A stretch of DNA of 64,000 nucleotides from assembly GCA_012690745.1 (NCBI GenBank), contig GCA_012690745.1_4086.1; one strand, given 5' to 3'. The position numbers were made by a program, and so were the translations under genes. The notes under the pieces are model-generated. The model saw only the letters and a program-made list of their open reading frames with translations. It did no database searches and was not told the origin of the DNA. This DNA comes from a phage. Shown piece by piece: positions 20,211 to 29,993 of the stretch. The first letter of the stretch is position 1; each line of letters begins with the position of its first letter.

Positions 20211-22460
20211 TTAATCAACTATACTATCGTGACGTTTGAGTGCACGAATTACAATTGCAGCTTGAATTTGTTGTGTAAAAGAACCACCTGCACCAAAATC
20301 ATGAACAATTTTATTAACACGATAAATTGTTTGGTTAAATGTGGTTGGTGTATTAATATCCAAAACACCAGTGTTATCATTTATTGATATTACTGGTTGT
20401 AATTTTAGTAATAGATACGCTTCAGATGTTATATAATTTGCTACATGATAATCATCTGGGTTAATTTCCATATCTTCACCATTAATTACTTGTTCTAGAT
20501 ATTGTAAGTAAGAGTAATCACTCCACCCTAACCAGTACGGGTCGCCTACTACACGCATATCGAGTTTACACAAAAAAGGTCTATTGTAATAGTTGTCACG
20601 TATTTTACGTCTATCCATTTCATATGTGCTGCTGTTATCGTTTAACGAAGCGGATAAAGTTGTTTCATTGTTAGTTGCTTCGGTTGGCATTGTGAACACT
20701 TCACCATAACGGTGACCAACACCATCAGTACCGCCATCGTTTTCTTCATAAGTGGTTACATAATCTTCAATATATTGAGGTAAAACATTGACTTGATAGT
20801 TATTATAACGGTCTTGTTCTTCTGCGTTACCAACCTGCATTTGATTTTTTGCTAAAGTTTCAACTTCAGTTAACAATTGTTGTTGGGCTTGTGTTAACAT
20901 CCCTCCTAAATCACGAGTTACACGTAAATCACTTGTTTTTGCCCATGCGTCTGGTATACTATTGTATTGTACACCTTGAATATTGAGTTCTTGGGATGTA
21001 TGTGTACCTGCATGGTTCGCTACATCTTGTATCGGACCAGGGTTACGTGTAGTGGCTACGAAAAATTGCTGATCAAATTTCAAATCCAAATCAAGTATCT
21101 CACTATTAAGCCCACTAAATTGATAATTATAAGTTTTCATGTTTATTTTTGGTTTTTGATCATTAGGATCTACGTATTTTTCTGCGTTCTCAAAAAAGTA
21201 CTCAAATGTGAAATTTTCAGGTTGTAAATCCGATTCATGAACAATATCACCTATTTTAAATCTAACAATATAAAAAATTACTTTATAAACAGAAGTATTA
21301 CGATAATTATCAAAACCAACGTATTGTTTAACTGGTATAATGTTTACAAATTGACGCACACTAGTACTATCATCGGCTTGTACAGTACATGTATCAATAA
21401 CGTCATCAATAATTCGAGATATAGGAGTACTTGGGTTCCATGAAAAGTTTTTAGAACCTTGTGCACCACTTTTAGTTGTTCCGGCCTCTGCCATTTGTTT
21501 AGAATCATAGTTTATAAACAAATCTTGCAAATCAGGTGCTACTTTAAATTCGAAAAATTTACCTTCGGATAATTCACCAAATTTATATCTAAGATAACCA
21601 TATTGTTGGTCAGCCATCTGATTTAATTTATCTTCTAAATCAAAGCAGAAGTCACCAAAGTTTTCAGCAGTACAATTGAATGGTTCTTTTAAGGTCCATT
21701 CAATGTTATCAACTAAAGCTGCTCTATTATGAACTAAGTTCATAGTATACATCATAGTACTACCACTTTGTGAAGCACTTGCAGTAACACTATTAATTTT
21801 AACTGACCAGCGTCTTGTTGTTTCTGGGATAATTTCAGGTATTCCATTTTTATTAAAGCCAATAAACTTTAATTCCAAGATCAATGGCAAGTCCATAAAT
21901 TTATGATATCTAAGTTTGTTACTTAACGAAATTAATTCATCATATAGACTCATACTATTATTTTCAGACATATTAAGTACTGCTGTATTAAAACAATAGT
22001 TTGTTGTCATTCCTGGTGTTGAAGGTCCAGCTTGTGTCATTTGTACACTAGTGATATTATATTTGCCAGTAACACCACTTTCTGATATCACATGTCGTTG
22101 CACTTCTGCATCTGGGTAAAGCCAAAAGTTTTTAAAATCATCTTTATCTAAGGCAAATAAACAAAAGTGCCAAGTTGGGTTATCATATTTCAATAATTTA
22201 TTGTCATACGGTATTACAAACTGACTTAAATCGAGATCTTCATAAACTTGATCAACACTAGCACTTTGTTTTGGTAATGATACTACATTACTTACATTTG
22301 CTTTGTAATTATTTTTTGTAATAGTTTTTACATCATTTTGTAATGTATTTGCTGTAGCTTTCAAACTATCAAGTGCATTAGATGTGGTGGTTTTAGCCTT
22401 ACCAGTAATACTTGTAATATCATTTTGAAAATTATCAACTGTACTTCGTAAATCTGCCAT
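20211..22460 (-). CDS. Hypothetical baseplate/tail protein (749 aa), possibly hub-like
   Basis: Long ORF directly upstream of the spike gene in the same late operon; no recognisable motif. Confidence 0.5.
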   Translation of the reverse strand: MADLRSTVDNFQNDITSITGKAKTTTSNALDSLKATANTLQNDVKTITKNNYKANVSNVVSLPKQSASVDQVYEDLDLSQFVIPYDNKLLKYDNPTWHFCLFALDKDDFKNFWLYPDAEVQRHVISESGVTGKYNITSVQMTQAGPSTPGMTTNYCFNTAVLNMSENNSMSLYDELISLSNKLRYHKFMDLPLILELKFIGFNKNGIPEIIPETTRRWSVKINSVTASASQSGSTMMYTMNLVHNRAALVDNIEWTLKEPFNCTAENFGDFCFDLEDKLNQMADQQYGYLRYKFGELSEGKFFEFKVAPDLQDLFINYDSKQMAEAGTTKSGAQGSKNFSWNPSTPISRIIDDVIDTCTVQADDSTSVRQFVNIIPVKQYVGFDNYRNTSVYKVIFYIVRFKIGDIVHESDLQPENFTFEYFFENAEKYVDPNDQKPKINMKTYNYQFSGLNSEILDLDLKFDQQFFVATTRNPGPIQDVANHAGTHTSQELNIQGVQYNSIPDAWAKTSDLRVTRDLGGMLTQAQQQLLTEVETLAKNQMQVGNAEEQDRYNNYQVNVLPQYIEDYVTTYEENDGGTDGVGHRYGEVFTMPTEATNNETTLSASLNDNSSTYEMDRRKIRDNYYNRPFLCKLDMRVVGDPYWLGWSDYSYLQYLEQVINGEDMEINPDDYHVANYITSEAYLLLKLQPVISINDNTGVLDINTPTTFNQTIYRVNKIVHDFGAGGSFTQQIQAAIVIRALKRHDSIVD

Positions 22461-22471
22461 ACGTTACTCCA

Positions 22472-22786
22472 TTAGCCTATGTTTCGAGTACCATTAAGAT
22501 AATTCTGTACTCTTTGATTTGCTGGTATTCTAATTGTTACTCCACTTTTAAAATTATATATAGGATCTTCTCCTAGTATGTCTGGATTTAACAATGCGAA
22601 AATATAATATAAGCGTTCATTACCATACATTTCGTATGCTAAACGCCAAGGTTGATATTCATATTTCAATGGGATCTCATAAAAATCATCAGTATCAGCC
22701 GGAACAATATCACGTGGTAAAGTATACCCAAGATACCATGTTTGTTTCACCTTAGCGTAAGGTGAGTATTGACTATAGTTGGACAT
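22472..22786 (-). CDS. Hypothetical protein (104 aa) in the baseplate operon
   Basis: ORF tightly packed between structural genes on the same strand. Confidence 0.45.
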   Translation of the reverse strand: MSNYSQYSPYAKVKQTWYLGYTLPRDIVPADTDDFYEIPLKYEYQPWRLAYEMYGNERLYYIFALLNPDILGEDPIYNFKSGVTIRIPANQRVQNYLNGTRNIG

Positions 22787-23517
22787 TAAATGAATCCTCC
22801 TTTACGTAATAGTTCACCACGTTTGAATGCATTGAGGTTGAACGTTTTAGTCATATAATCCGATGTTGGTTGTTCTTCAAGTTGTAACATAACTGAGATT
22901 TTTTGTGGAACCCAAACTTCATCTTGTGGGTTCATATATCCAGTACTTCTAAGTTGTTCGAAGAATTTTCTACTATCCATGTCGGATAAATTAAAAGTAC
23001 TATCGCTACTATTCAACGGAACTTGAATATAAGAAACATCATTTGGGTAAGTAAAATTATAAGATTTTAAAATAACAGGAATATCATTATATGTATAACG
23101 ACCATATCCACTTAGAAGTAAGATTGGTGGTGGTGCACCTGCAATTGCGAGTTCGGGGTTATTAGCCGAAGCAGCTTGTCTACCAAAATCCATCAACGAA
23201 ACAGAACGTATAAAATGAACACATGCCAACGCATACATAGCTTCTGCTGCTGTATTCGCATAAAATTCACCCTGAATCGTGAAAACTGTATTAGTAGTGT
23301 TCTTATAGTTGTTATAGTTACTGTTAGTATGTATAGGGGACTGTGTTTCATACTGAATTGACCTTTGTTCAGTAATTGTTGGTGTTACAGTCCAAACCAA
23401 CCCATTAGTTGGACGCAGAAACGAAAGTAGAGTTGGTTCGGAGCTATCTCCAAAATCACCATATACATAGTTAGCACCTGCGGCTTTAGGTCGTAATCGA
23501 ATTCTACGATCAATCAT
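22786..23517 (-). CDS. Hypothetical virion/baseplate protein (244 aa from ATG 23517)
   Basis: The ATG at 23517 is preceded by GGAG with an 8-nt spacer and a late-promoter octamer; the track ORF extends to 23607 only through a non-ATG start. Confidence 0.5.
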   Translation of the reverse strand: MIDRRIRLRPKAAGANYVYGDFGDSSEPTLLSFLRPTNGLVWTVTPTITEQRSIQYETQSPIHTNSNYNNYKNTTNTVFTIQGEFYANTAAEAMYALACVHFIRSVSLMDFGRQAASANNPELAIAGAPPPILLLSGYGRYTYNDIPVILKSYNFTYPNDVSYIQVPLNSSDSTFNLSDMDSRKFFEQLRSTGYMNPQDEVWVPQKISVMLQLEEQPTSDYMTKTFNLNAFKRGELLRKGGFI

Positions 23518-23552
23518 CTTTTTGATTCTCCATAATAAGGGAACATTTGATG

Positions 23553-23560
23553 TATTTATA
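23553..23560 (-). promoter_or_regulatory. T4-type late promoter (TATAAATA on the minus strand) for the baseplate operon
   Basis: Perfect TATAAATA octamer on the minus strand about 35 nt upstream of ATG 23517. Confidence 0.45.
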
Positions 23561-23648
23561 CGTGGGACAAACTGCTTTTTGGTGCTATAATAACATTGAT
23601 GGTACAAGGATTGTACCTATTGGATTTAAACATGGAGAGTAAAATACA

Positions 23649-24488
23649 ATGACAAATAGACCAAAGCGTAAAAAGTATCTCAATAATGCTGATTTACTTC
23701 GTGAAATACAAAAAAGTAAAATTTCATATTGCTGGTTATTAGACAAATCATATAGTATGTATGATTATATTGTTTTTCATGAGTCAGGAATTACTGCTGA
23801 GTTACTAGAAAAAGCTAAGGCAGCACGAATTAAACGACTGAACAATGAAATGCTTGATAGTATTCGTGAAAAGGAAAATATGAGTGCTAAAAAAGCTAAA
23901 GAATATGCAGATGAACACAATTTAGTTATCACTGACGTTCCAATTGATGAAGTTGTTATTCGTGTTATTACAGATGAACATATTCCACCAGATACTAGAG
24001 TTAACTTTGAACCATTCAAGCATTATATTGTAGATAATGAAGGTATTCTCTATGAAGTTTGTCGTTCTCACTGGAAAGGCGACCTTGAAACTGGTGAATT
24101 CAGTACTGTTCATGGTAAAATTACAAATGAACTTGGGAAGATGTTCATTAAACTTGCAGAGGAAATCTCACACAAATCTAATTACAGAAACTATACATAC
24201 TTAGATGAAATGATGGGTGATGCAAGAATACAATTAGTTAAAAACGCACTTCTCTTTAAAGAGAGCATTCTTTATAAAAAAGATAAACCAGCAGTTCAGC
24301 TAAATCCTTTCTCTTACTATACATCATTCGTAAACAATAGTTTTCGTTCTATATTGAATAGTGAGAAAAATGTTCGAAATATACGTGATGATTTACTTGA
24401 AATGCATGGCTTTACGCCATCACATACACGTCAAATTGAAATTGAATTGAACATGATTGAAAGGAAAAATGAAGATGGCTCTGTTTGA
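23649..24488 (+). CDS. gp55: Late-transcription sigma factor, gp55-like, with an internal insertion
   Basis: N-terminus KKYLNNADLLREIQKSK resembles the T4 gp55 N-terminus. Followed by gp47 and gp46 homologues as in T4 (55-47-46 order). About 100 extra residues relative to T4 gp55 (185 aa, as recalled). Confidence 0.55.
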   Translation: MTNRPKRKKYLNNADLLREIQKSKISYCWLLDKSYSMYDYIVFHESGITAELLEKAKAARIKRLNNEMLDSIREKENMSAKKAKEYADEHNLVITDVPIDEVVIRVITDEHIPPDTRVNFEPFKHYIVDNEGILYEVCRSHWKGDLETGEFSTVHGKITNELGKMFIKLAEEISHKSNYRNYTYLDEMMGDARIQLVKNALLFKESILYKKDKPAVQLNPFSYYTSFVNNSFRSILNSEKNVRNIRDDLLEMHGFTPSHTRQIEIELNMIERKNEDGSV

Positions 24489-25506
24489 TAAAGCAATTAC
24501 ATTCACTGATATTCATTTAGGTTTAAAGAATAACAGCAAGCAACACAATGAAGATTGTTTAAACTTCATTAAATTCATGATTGAGGTAGCTAAAAAAAAT
24601 AATATCAAAGTTTGTGTTTTTATGGGAGATTATTTTCATAATAGAAGTAATATCAATATCCAAACACTAAACTATGGTTTACAAATTCTTCAATTATTAA
24701 ATGATAATTTTGAAAAAGTATATTTTTTAGTAGGCAACCATGATATGTATCATAAAAACAAACGTGATATAACAAGTATCAATATGGCTCAAGTTTATGA
24801 AAATATAGAATTCATTAATGAAATTACAACATTTGATGATTGTACTTTCATTCCATTTATGATTGAAGATGAATATAAGTTGTTACCTCAACTAAAAAGT
24901 AAGTATGTTTTTGGTCACTTAGAGTTACCAGGTTACTTGCTTAACAAGATGGTAGAAATGCCTGATCATGGTAAAGAAACAGAAGGTTCTTTTGGTGGTT
25001 GTGAGTATGTTTTTAGTGGACATTTTCATAAAAGGCAGTCAAAAACAACTTCAAAAGGAACTCGTGTAGTTTATACTGGTAATTGTTTTCCACATAATTT
25101 TTCCGATACATGGGATGATGCAAGAGGTGTGATGATTCTTGAACATGGAAAAGAACCTATTTTCAAGTCATGGGATAATGCACCAAAATATAGAACATTC
25201 ACACTTTCTGAATTGTTGACTGATCCAAGCTATTATCTACAAGATAACACAATATCAAAAGTTCAAGTTGATATATCAATAACAACAGATGAGATTAGTT
25301 TTATTCGTGATACATTTACTAAACTTTACAACATTAGAGAGTTTAATGTTGTAACGAGCAAGCAAAGTATCGCAGAATTAATTGAAGATGGTGTTAGTTT
25401 TGAAAGTACTGAATCAGTTGATGAGATTGTGTTGCAGCAAATTATGGAAATTGACTCACCCATGTTTGATAAAAATCTTCTAATCCAAATTTACAGATCG
25501 TTATAA
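24475..25506 (+). CDS. gp47: Recombination nuclease subunit gp47 (Mre11/SbcD-like metallophosphatase)
   Basis: Metallophosphatase motifs ITFTDIHLG, GDYFH, GNHD, GHLE/GHFH. The track ORF starts at TTG 24457; the ATG at 24475 has an RBS. Confidence 0.8.
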   Translation: MALFDKAITFTDIHLGLKNNSKQHNEDCLNFIKFMIEVAKKNNIKVCVFMGDYFHNRSNINIQTLNYGLQILQLLNDNFEKVYFLVGNHDMYHKNKRDITSINMAQVYENIEFINEITTFDDCTFIPFMIEDEYKLLPQLKSKYVFGHLELPGYLLNKMVEMPDHGKETEGSFGGCEYVFSGHFHKRQSKTTSKGTRVVYTGNCFPHNFSDTWDDARGVMILEHGKEPIFKSWDNAPKYRTFTLSELLTDPSYYLQDNTISKVQVDISITTDEISFIRDTFTKLYNIREFNVVTSKQSIAELIEDGVSFESTESVDEIVLQQIMEIDSPMFDKNLLIQIYRSL

Positions 25507-25514
25507 GGGACTAT

Positions 25515-27662
25515 ATGCTAAACATTACACGTATATCTATGAGGAACTTCTTTTCATTTGGTAATGCACCACAATCAATTGAATTGAATGGTTCTGACAT
25601 TTCATTAGTACTGGGTCAAAATAATGATGCAGTTATTGAAGGTGGTGACAGCACCGGACGTCGAAATGGTGTCGGGAAAAGTGCTATTATTCAAGGATTA
25701 GTTTTTGGATTATTTGGGAAAAGTATTGGTAATGATATTAAAATTCCTAACTTAGTCAATAAAACTAATGGTAAAAATTGTGAAGTAGTTGTAGAATTTG
25801 AAAAAGATGGTGTACAATATCTTGTTGAGCGTGGGAGAAGTCCCACGTATTTCAATTTTGTTACTTTAGGCAAAGATAATAAAATTGAAGATGAATCAAG
25901 GGGAGAAAAGAAAGACACACAAGAAGATTTGAATGAAATTCTTGGTATATCTCAATTATTATTTGAACATATTGTAGTACTGAATGCTAACGTTGAACCT
26001 TTCTTAGCTTTATCCACACAAAAACAACGTGATATGATAGAAGAACTTCTTGGAATAACACAGTTGACGGAAAAAGCTGAAATGCTAAAGGAGATGTATA
26101 AGGATACTAAACGTTTAGCCGAACAAGAAAAGTTCAAAAATGAAACTGTAGCTGCAAGTAATGAACGTATTCAAAAAAGTATTGAGACACTACAAGAACA
26201 GGCAAACCAGTTTGAAATTGATAAAAATAATAGAGTATCTAAGTTAAATGAAGAGTTGAATATATATAAAACTTTAGACTTTAATGACCTCTATGAAGCT
26301 GCTGATATAAAAGAGAAAGCTCTTATTCATAACGCAAAGCGTGGGGAAATCGAACGCCGTGTACAAGAGTTGGCGTTAAAATTTGATGCATATGACCGTG
26401 AACTTGAAAGATCTAAAAGAGCATTAAATCTAAGCATTGATAAGCTAAAAACTATTGATATTAGTGCAGAATTGGAAAATCATAATGAGTTGGAGATATG
26501 GAAACAGTTAGAGGGTATTCTAAAAGAGAATAATAACCAAAAACGTTTCAAAGAACAAAAACTAAACTCACTAAAAATAGCTTTAAAAGGATATGAATGT
26601 TCAATTAATGCTGAAATTGACAAATTATCAACAGTTGAAAACAGCAAATGTCCACTTTGTATGTCTGAATTAGAACATAACGAACATACTTCTTCAATTA
26701 AAGACAAAATCCAAAGTACTATTAATGATCTTCAAGCTAAAATTGATAGTTCTTCTTCTGAAATTGAAACATTACTTCAAGAAATTGATAGTATTGAGAT
26801 TTTTGATATGCCACCTAAGCCTGTGACATATTATAATACACTTTCAGAAGCACAAATGCATGAACATAAGCTTCAAGAATTGGTCAGAAAGAGTGAAGAA
26901 GAACAAATAAACATCTATGCAAATGAACTTATGTCATCATATGATGAACTTAACTCATATGAACTAATGGAAGTTCCAGATACATTAAACAAATATGAAG
27001 TTAAAGAGTTAGAAATGACTGTAAATTCATTATCACAGCAATTAGATCGTGAATTGAAGACTACTAACACATTTATTAGCCAAATTAATACCCTGAAGAC
27101 TGATTCTTTAGTACCAATTGATTATAGCGACTATAATAATCTTGATAAAATGTCAAATCACCAAGATTTCTTGGTTAAATTACTTTTAAACAAGGATTCT
27201 TATGTCCGTAAACGTATTATTGAGCAAAATATATCATATTTGAATACACGACTTCAGTACTATATCGATATGTGCGGTTCTGAGCATAATGTTGTGTTTT
27301 TGAATGATTTGAGTGTTGAAATTGAGAAGAGTGGACAGTACTTTGACTATAAACAGCTTAGTAGAGGTGAGCGTACAAGGGTAAACATCGCATTATCTTG
27401 TGCTTTCCGTGATACATATGAGTCATTATACCAAAGTATTAATATTCTTATCATTGATGAGATGATTGACCAAGGTCTTGACTCAAGTGGTGTTCTACGT
27501 GTGTGGTCTATCTTCCAAGATATGGCTGCTGTACGTGGTAAGAACGTTTATGCTATTTCCCACAGAGAAGAGTTACTATCTAAGACTGAAAAAATCCTCA
27601 AAGTTGTTAAAGAGGACGGTTTCAGTACTGTTGAATATGCAACCCTTGATGATGTTTTCTAA
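25515..27662 (+). CDS. gp46: Recombination ATPase subunit gp46 (Rad50/SbcC-like)
   Basis: N-terminal Walker A NGVGKS, central coiled coil with a CPLC zinc hook, ABC signature LSRGERTRV, and Walker B LIIDE. Confidence 0.85.
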   Translation: MLNITRISMRNFFSFGNAPQSIELNGSDISLVLGQNNDAVIEGGDSTGRRNGVGKSAIIQGLVFGLFGKSIGNDIKIPNLVNKTNGKNCEVVVEFEKDGVQYLVERGRSPTYFNFVTLGKDNKIEDESRGEKKDTQEDLNEILGISQLLFEHIVVLNANVEPFLALSTQKQRDMIEELLGITQLTEKAEMLKEMYKDTKRLAEQEKFKNETVAASNERIQKSIETLQEQANQFEIDKNNRVSKLNEELNIYKTLDFNDLYEAADIKEKALIHNAKRGEIERRVQELALKFDAYDRELERSKRALNLSIDKLKTIDISAELENHNELEIWKQLEGILKENNNQKRFKEQKLNSLKIALKGYECSINAEIDKLSTVENSKCPLCMSELEHNEHTSSIKDKIQSTINDLQAKIDSSSSEIETLLQEIDSIEIFDMPPKPVTYYNTLSEAQMHEHKLQELVRKSEEEQINIYANELMSSYDELNSYELMEVPDTLNKYEVKELEMTVNSLSQQLDRELKTTNTFISQINTLKTDSLVPIDYSDYNNLDKMSNHQDFLVKLLLNKDSYVRKRIIEQNISYLNTRLQYYIDMCGSEHNVVFLNDLSVEIEKSGQYFDYKQLSRGERTRVNIALSCAFRDTYESLYQSINILIIDEMIDQGLDSSGVLRVWSIFQDMAAVRGKNVYAISHREELLSKTEKILKVVKEDGFSTVEYATLDDVF

Positions 27663-27672
27663 TTAAAGTTAA

Positions 27673-27697
27673 AGGGAGCCTTAGCTCCCTTTTTTTA
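27673..27697 (+). terminator. Rho-independent terminator after gp46 (overlaps the stop of the convergent minus-strand gene)
   Basis: Stem AGGGAGC / GCTCCCT with a 4-nt loop followed by TTTTTTT. Confidence 0.65.
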
Positions 27698-28172
27698 TAT
27701 CTACCATATTTAATTTACCGTCCTTAATTAGCTTTCTAGCTTGTTTAGTTCTTTCCTTGACGTTACCTCCAGGAACTACTCCTAAATCGCTTAGAATGGC
27801 GTTCTGCTGCGTTGCTGGAAGCCTTTTAAACTTAGCTACGTCAACGGTTAATGCCGTGTGGTGAATGACCTGCTCATCTTCTGGTATATGATTGTTCCTT
27901 TCAAGATAATCTGCCAGATTACGCAATACTTCATGTAATGGCTTATCAGTTAAATGACTTAGGCATCGTTTATATGAGTTTGCTACTCTCCCTTCCCATC
28001 CATTCACTTCGTTTTGAAGAACCTGCCTACAATGTTGATTTCCACCATGATAATGGTCCAGTACTGGTTTTGTTATTTCTATACCAATTATAGGGTCAAT
28101 CCCATTCTGCTTCTTTAATAGTTCATTTCGATAAGATGCTGCTTCTTTAGGATTTTTTAATCTCTTTTTCAT
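27681..28172 (-). CDS. Endonuclease VII-like / HNH-type nuclease (163 aa)
   Basis: LDHYHGGNQHCRQVLQNEVNGWEG resembles the T4 endonuclease VII HNH-like motif (LDHDHE...G.VRGLLC..CN...G as recalled). Confidence 0.4.
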   Translation of the reverse strand: MKKRLKNPKEAASYRNELLKKQNGIDPIIGIEITKPVLDHYHGGNQHCRQVLQNEVNGWEGRVANSYKRCLSHLTDKPLHEVLRNLADYLERNNHIPEDEQVIHHTALTVDVAKFKRLPATQQNAILSDLGVVPGGNVKERTKQARKLIKDGKLNMVDIKKGS

Positions 28173-28232
28173 AGCTGTTTGTCCTGTTTTGTTAAATAAA
28201 GTATATTAAAAAGTTTTGTGAGGTACAATAGA

Positions 28233-29180
28233 ATGGCTAAAATGACACAACAACAATTTATAGATAAATCAATTAATCTACATGGTAGTATTTACACCTA
28301 CAATAACACCGTGTATGTTAATGCACATCAACCAGTGTCTATTACATGTAAAATTCATGGTGACTTTACGGTAGTTCCTAATAAACATATTTCCGCAAAG
28401 CAAGGTTGTCCGGTTTGTTCTGATATTGCAAAGAAAGAACGTAAATCTAAAAAGTCACTGGAGTCATTCTTTACTGAAGCAAAAGAAGTACACGGTGATA
28501 AGTATGATTACTCTAAAGTGTTTTTCAACATTCGTTCAGAGAAAATTACTATCATATGCAAAGAAGAAGGTCATGGTGAATTTAATCAGGTAGTTAGTAA
28601 TCACCTAGCTGGACAGGGTTGCCCTGAATGCTCCAAAGCACTTATTGGTTTAAAGAAAAGAACACCAGAAGATGTATTCTTTGAAGATTGTAAGTACATT
28701 CATATGGATGCATACGACTACTCCAATACAAAATATAATGGTATGTATGAAACAATTACACCAGTATGCAAACGTCATGGAGAATTCACAGTACTGGCAA
28801 CTAAACATTATCATAGAAAGCAAGGTTGTCCGGTTTGTTCTGACATGGAACTAAAGTCAAGACCAGTTATTGAAATTCAGAATTTTTTAAAAGAGTATGA
28901 TATAATATTTGAAATGGAAAAGAAGTTTGATGGTTGTAAAAATATAAACCATTTACCATTTGATTTTTATATTCCTTCACTGAATCTTCTAATAGAGTAT
29001 GATGGTATTCAACACTTCAAACCAATAGAGTACTTTGGTGGTAAACAAGCTTTAGCTGAACAGCAAAGAAATGATGAAATAAAAAATCAATTCTGTTTTA
29101 ATAACAACATTACTCTTCTTAGAATAAAGTATTTCGAAGATCATATTAAAATCATCAAAGACTATATATCAAAACTTTAA
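28233..29180 (+). CDS. Homing-endonuclease-like protein: three tandem zinc-ribbon repeats plus a C-terminal PD-(D/E)xK (Vsr/DUF559-like) nuclease domain
   Basis: Three copies of the repeat (Y-x-Y ... HGEF/HGDF ... GQGCP-x-C). C-terminal FDFYIPSLNLLIEYDGIQHF is typical of Vsr-like PD-(D/E)xK domains. The track ORF starts at GTG 28218; the ATG at 28233 has an RBS. Confidence 0.55.
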   Translation: MAKMTQQQFIDKSINLHGSIYTYNNTVYVNAHQPVSITCKIHGDFTVVPNKHISAKQGCPVCSDIAKKERKSKKSLESFFTEAKEVHGDKYDYSKVFFNIRSEKITIICKEEGHGEFNQVVSNHLAGQGCPECSKALIGLKKRTPEDVFFEDCKYIHMDAYDYSNTKYNGMYETITPVCKRHGEFTVLATKHYHRKQGCPVCSDMELKSRPVIEIQNFLKEYDIIFEMEKKFDGCKNINHLPFDFYIPSLNLLIEYDGIQHFKPIEYFGGKQALAEQQRNDEIKNQFCFNNNITLLRIKYFEDHIKIIKDYISKL

Positions 29181-29203
29181 AATATGATATAGTTTTTTTA
29201 GAA

Positions 29204-29235
29204 CCAAGTAATAAAAATGTTACTTGGGTTTTTAT
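29204..29235 (+). terminator. Rho-independent terminator after the homing-endonuclease-like gene
   Basis: Eight-bp stem CCAAGTAA / TTACTTGG with an 8-nt loop followed by GTTTTTAT. Confidence 0.55.
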
Positions 29236-29305
29236 ATGTGTAAAAGTTGGAACTAAGTACTTAATGAATATTTTTATAAAAATAGTGAGACAACTTTAAA
29301 GTTTG

Positions 29306-29314
29306 TGCTATAAT
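29306..29314 (+). promoter_or_regulatory. Extended -10 sigma70-like promoter (TGcTATAAT) driving an ORF-free region
   Basis: TGcTATAAT with no protein-coding gene downstream before the terminator at 29752-29777. Confidence 0.4.
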
Positions 29315-29319
29315 GTTTG

Positions 29320-29777
29320 TTGTAGTAATGACAATCCTGTTGAATGCAGAAATGCATATAAATTAGAACCTGATCCTATCGAAAATGTAGATGGCAGATG
29401 AGCAGTTCAACAGTGCGATGAGCAAAAGAAACCCGTTAGATGTGGGCATAGTTTGAACCCCTCACGGCAATGCGGCTCAATAAAGAACTCCGATAAGCAT
29501 ACAGAGAGTTCCTAGATAGACATATAAGGATCGCACCTTACCAGATTTGCTAAGGGAGTTTATTAAGTGATTTTAATAAACAGCCTGAAGTTTGATTGTA
29601 TAGACTTTCAGGTGAGTGTCAGGATGATTAAGACTGACGACCGTTGCACATGACTGCGATAGAGAGAAACAGAGCAACCCGCTTTCGTTCTTAATATATT
29701 TTTAAGAAATTCGCAATACAATAAATGCTGAAACCATCAGCGTCAAGAAATAGAGACTTCATTGTCTCTTTTTTATT
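29320..29777 (+). ncRNA. Candidate structured non-coding RNA (~460 nt), unclassified
   Basis: ORF-free, visibly more GC-rich than flanking DNA, bounded by a promoter-like element and a strong intrinsic terminator. Several internal stem-loops (for example CCTGAAG...CTTTCAGG, GTCAG...CTGAC). No tRNA T-loop motif found. Confidence 0.35.
29752..29777 (+). terminator. Rho-independent terminator ending the ORF-free transcription unit
   Basis: Stem AGAGAC / GTCTCT with loop TTCATT followed by TTTTTTATT. Confidence 0.65.
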
Positions 29778-29993
29778 GTCTTCATTCCCCTGCGGGGGGA
29801 TGAAAATGTCCTCAACAAATCCCGTCAAGTATTAAATCTTTTAAAGTTCTTTATAATTAATTTAATTAAATGAATATGAGTTACGTAGTAACGAATATTC
29901 TTCAGCTAACGAATGAAATGAGTTAGATGAATCCAATAATATTAAAATTAATCCTTTCATAATTCAATTCAAATAATTCTGTAGTTTAAAACC

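Noticed and set aside
29320-29750. Possible tRNA gene(s) in the ORF-free region
   Set aside because: No T-loop consensus (GTTCRANYC flanked by complementary stems) or cloverleaf could be found by eye on either strand; kept only as an unclassified ncRNA candidate.
29320-29750. Group I intron core in the ORF-free region next to the homing-endonuclease-like gene
   Set aside because: There are no flanking exons of a split protein gene, and only a weak partial resemblance to the R element (GTTCAACAG); conserved P/Q/S elements are not recognisable.
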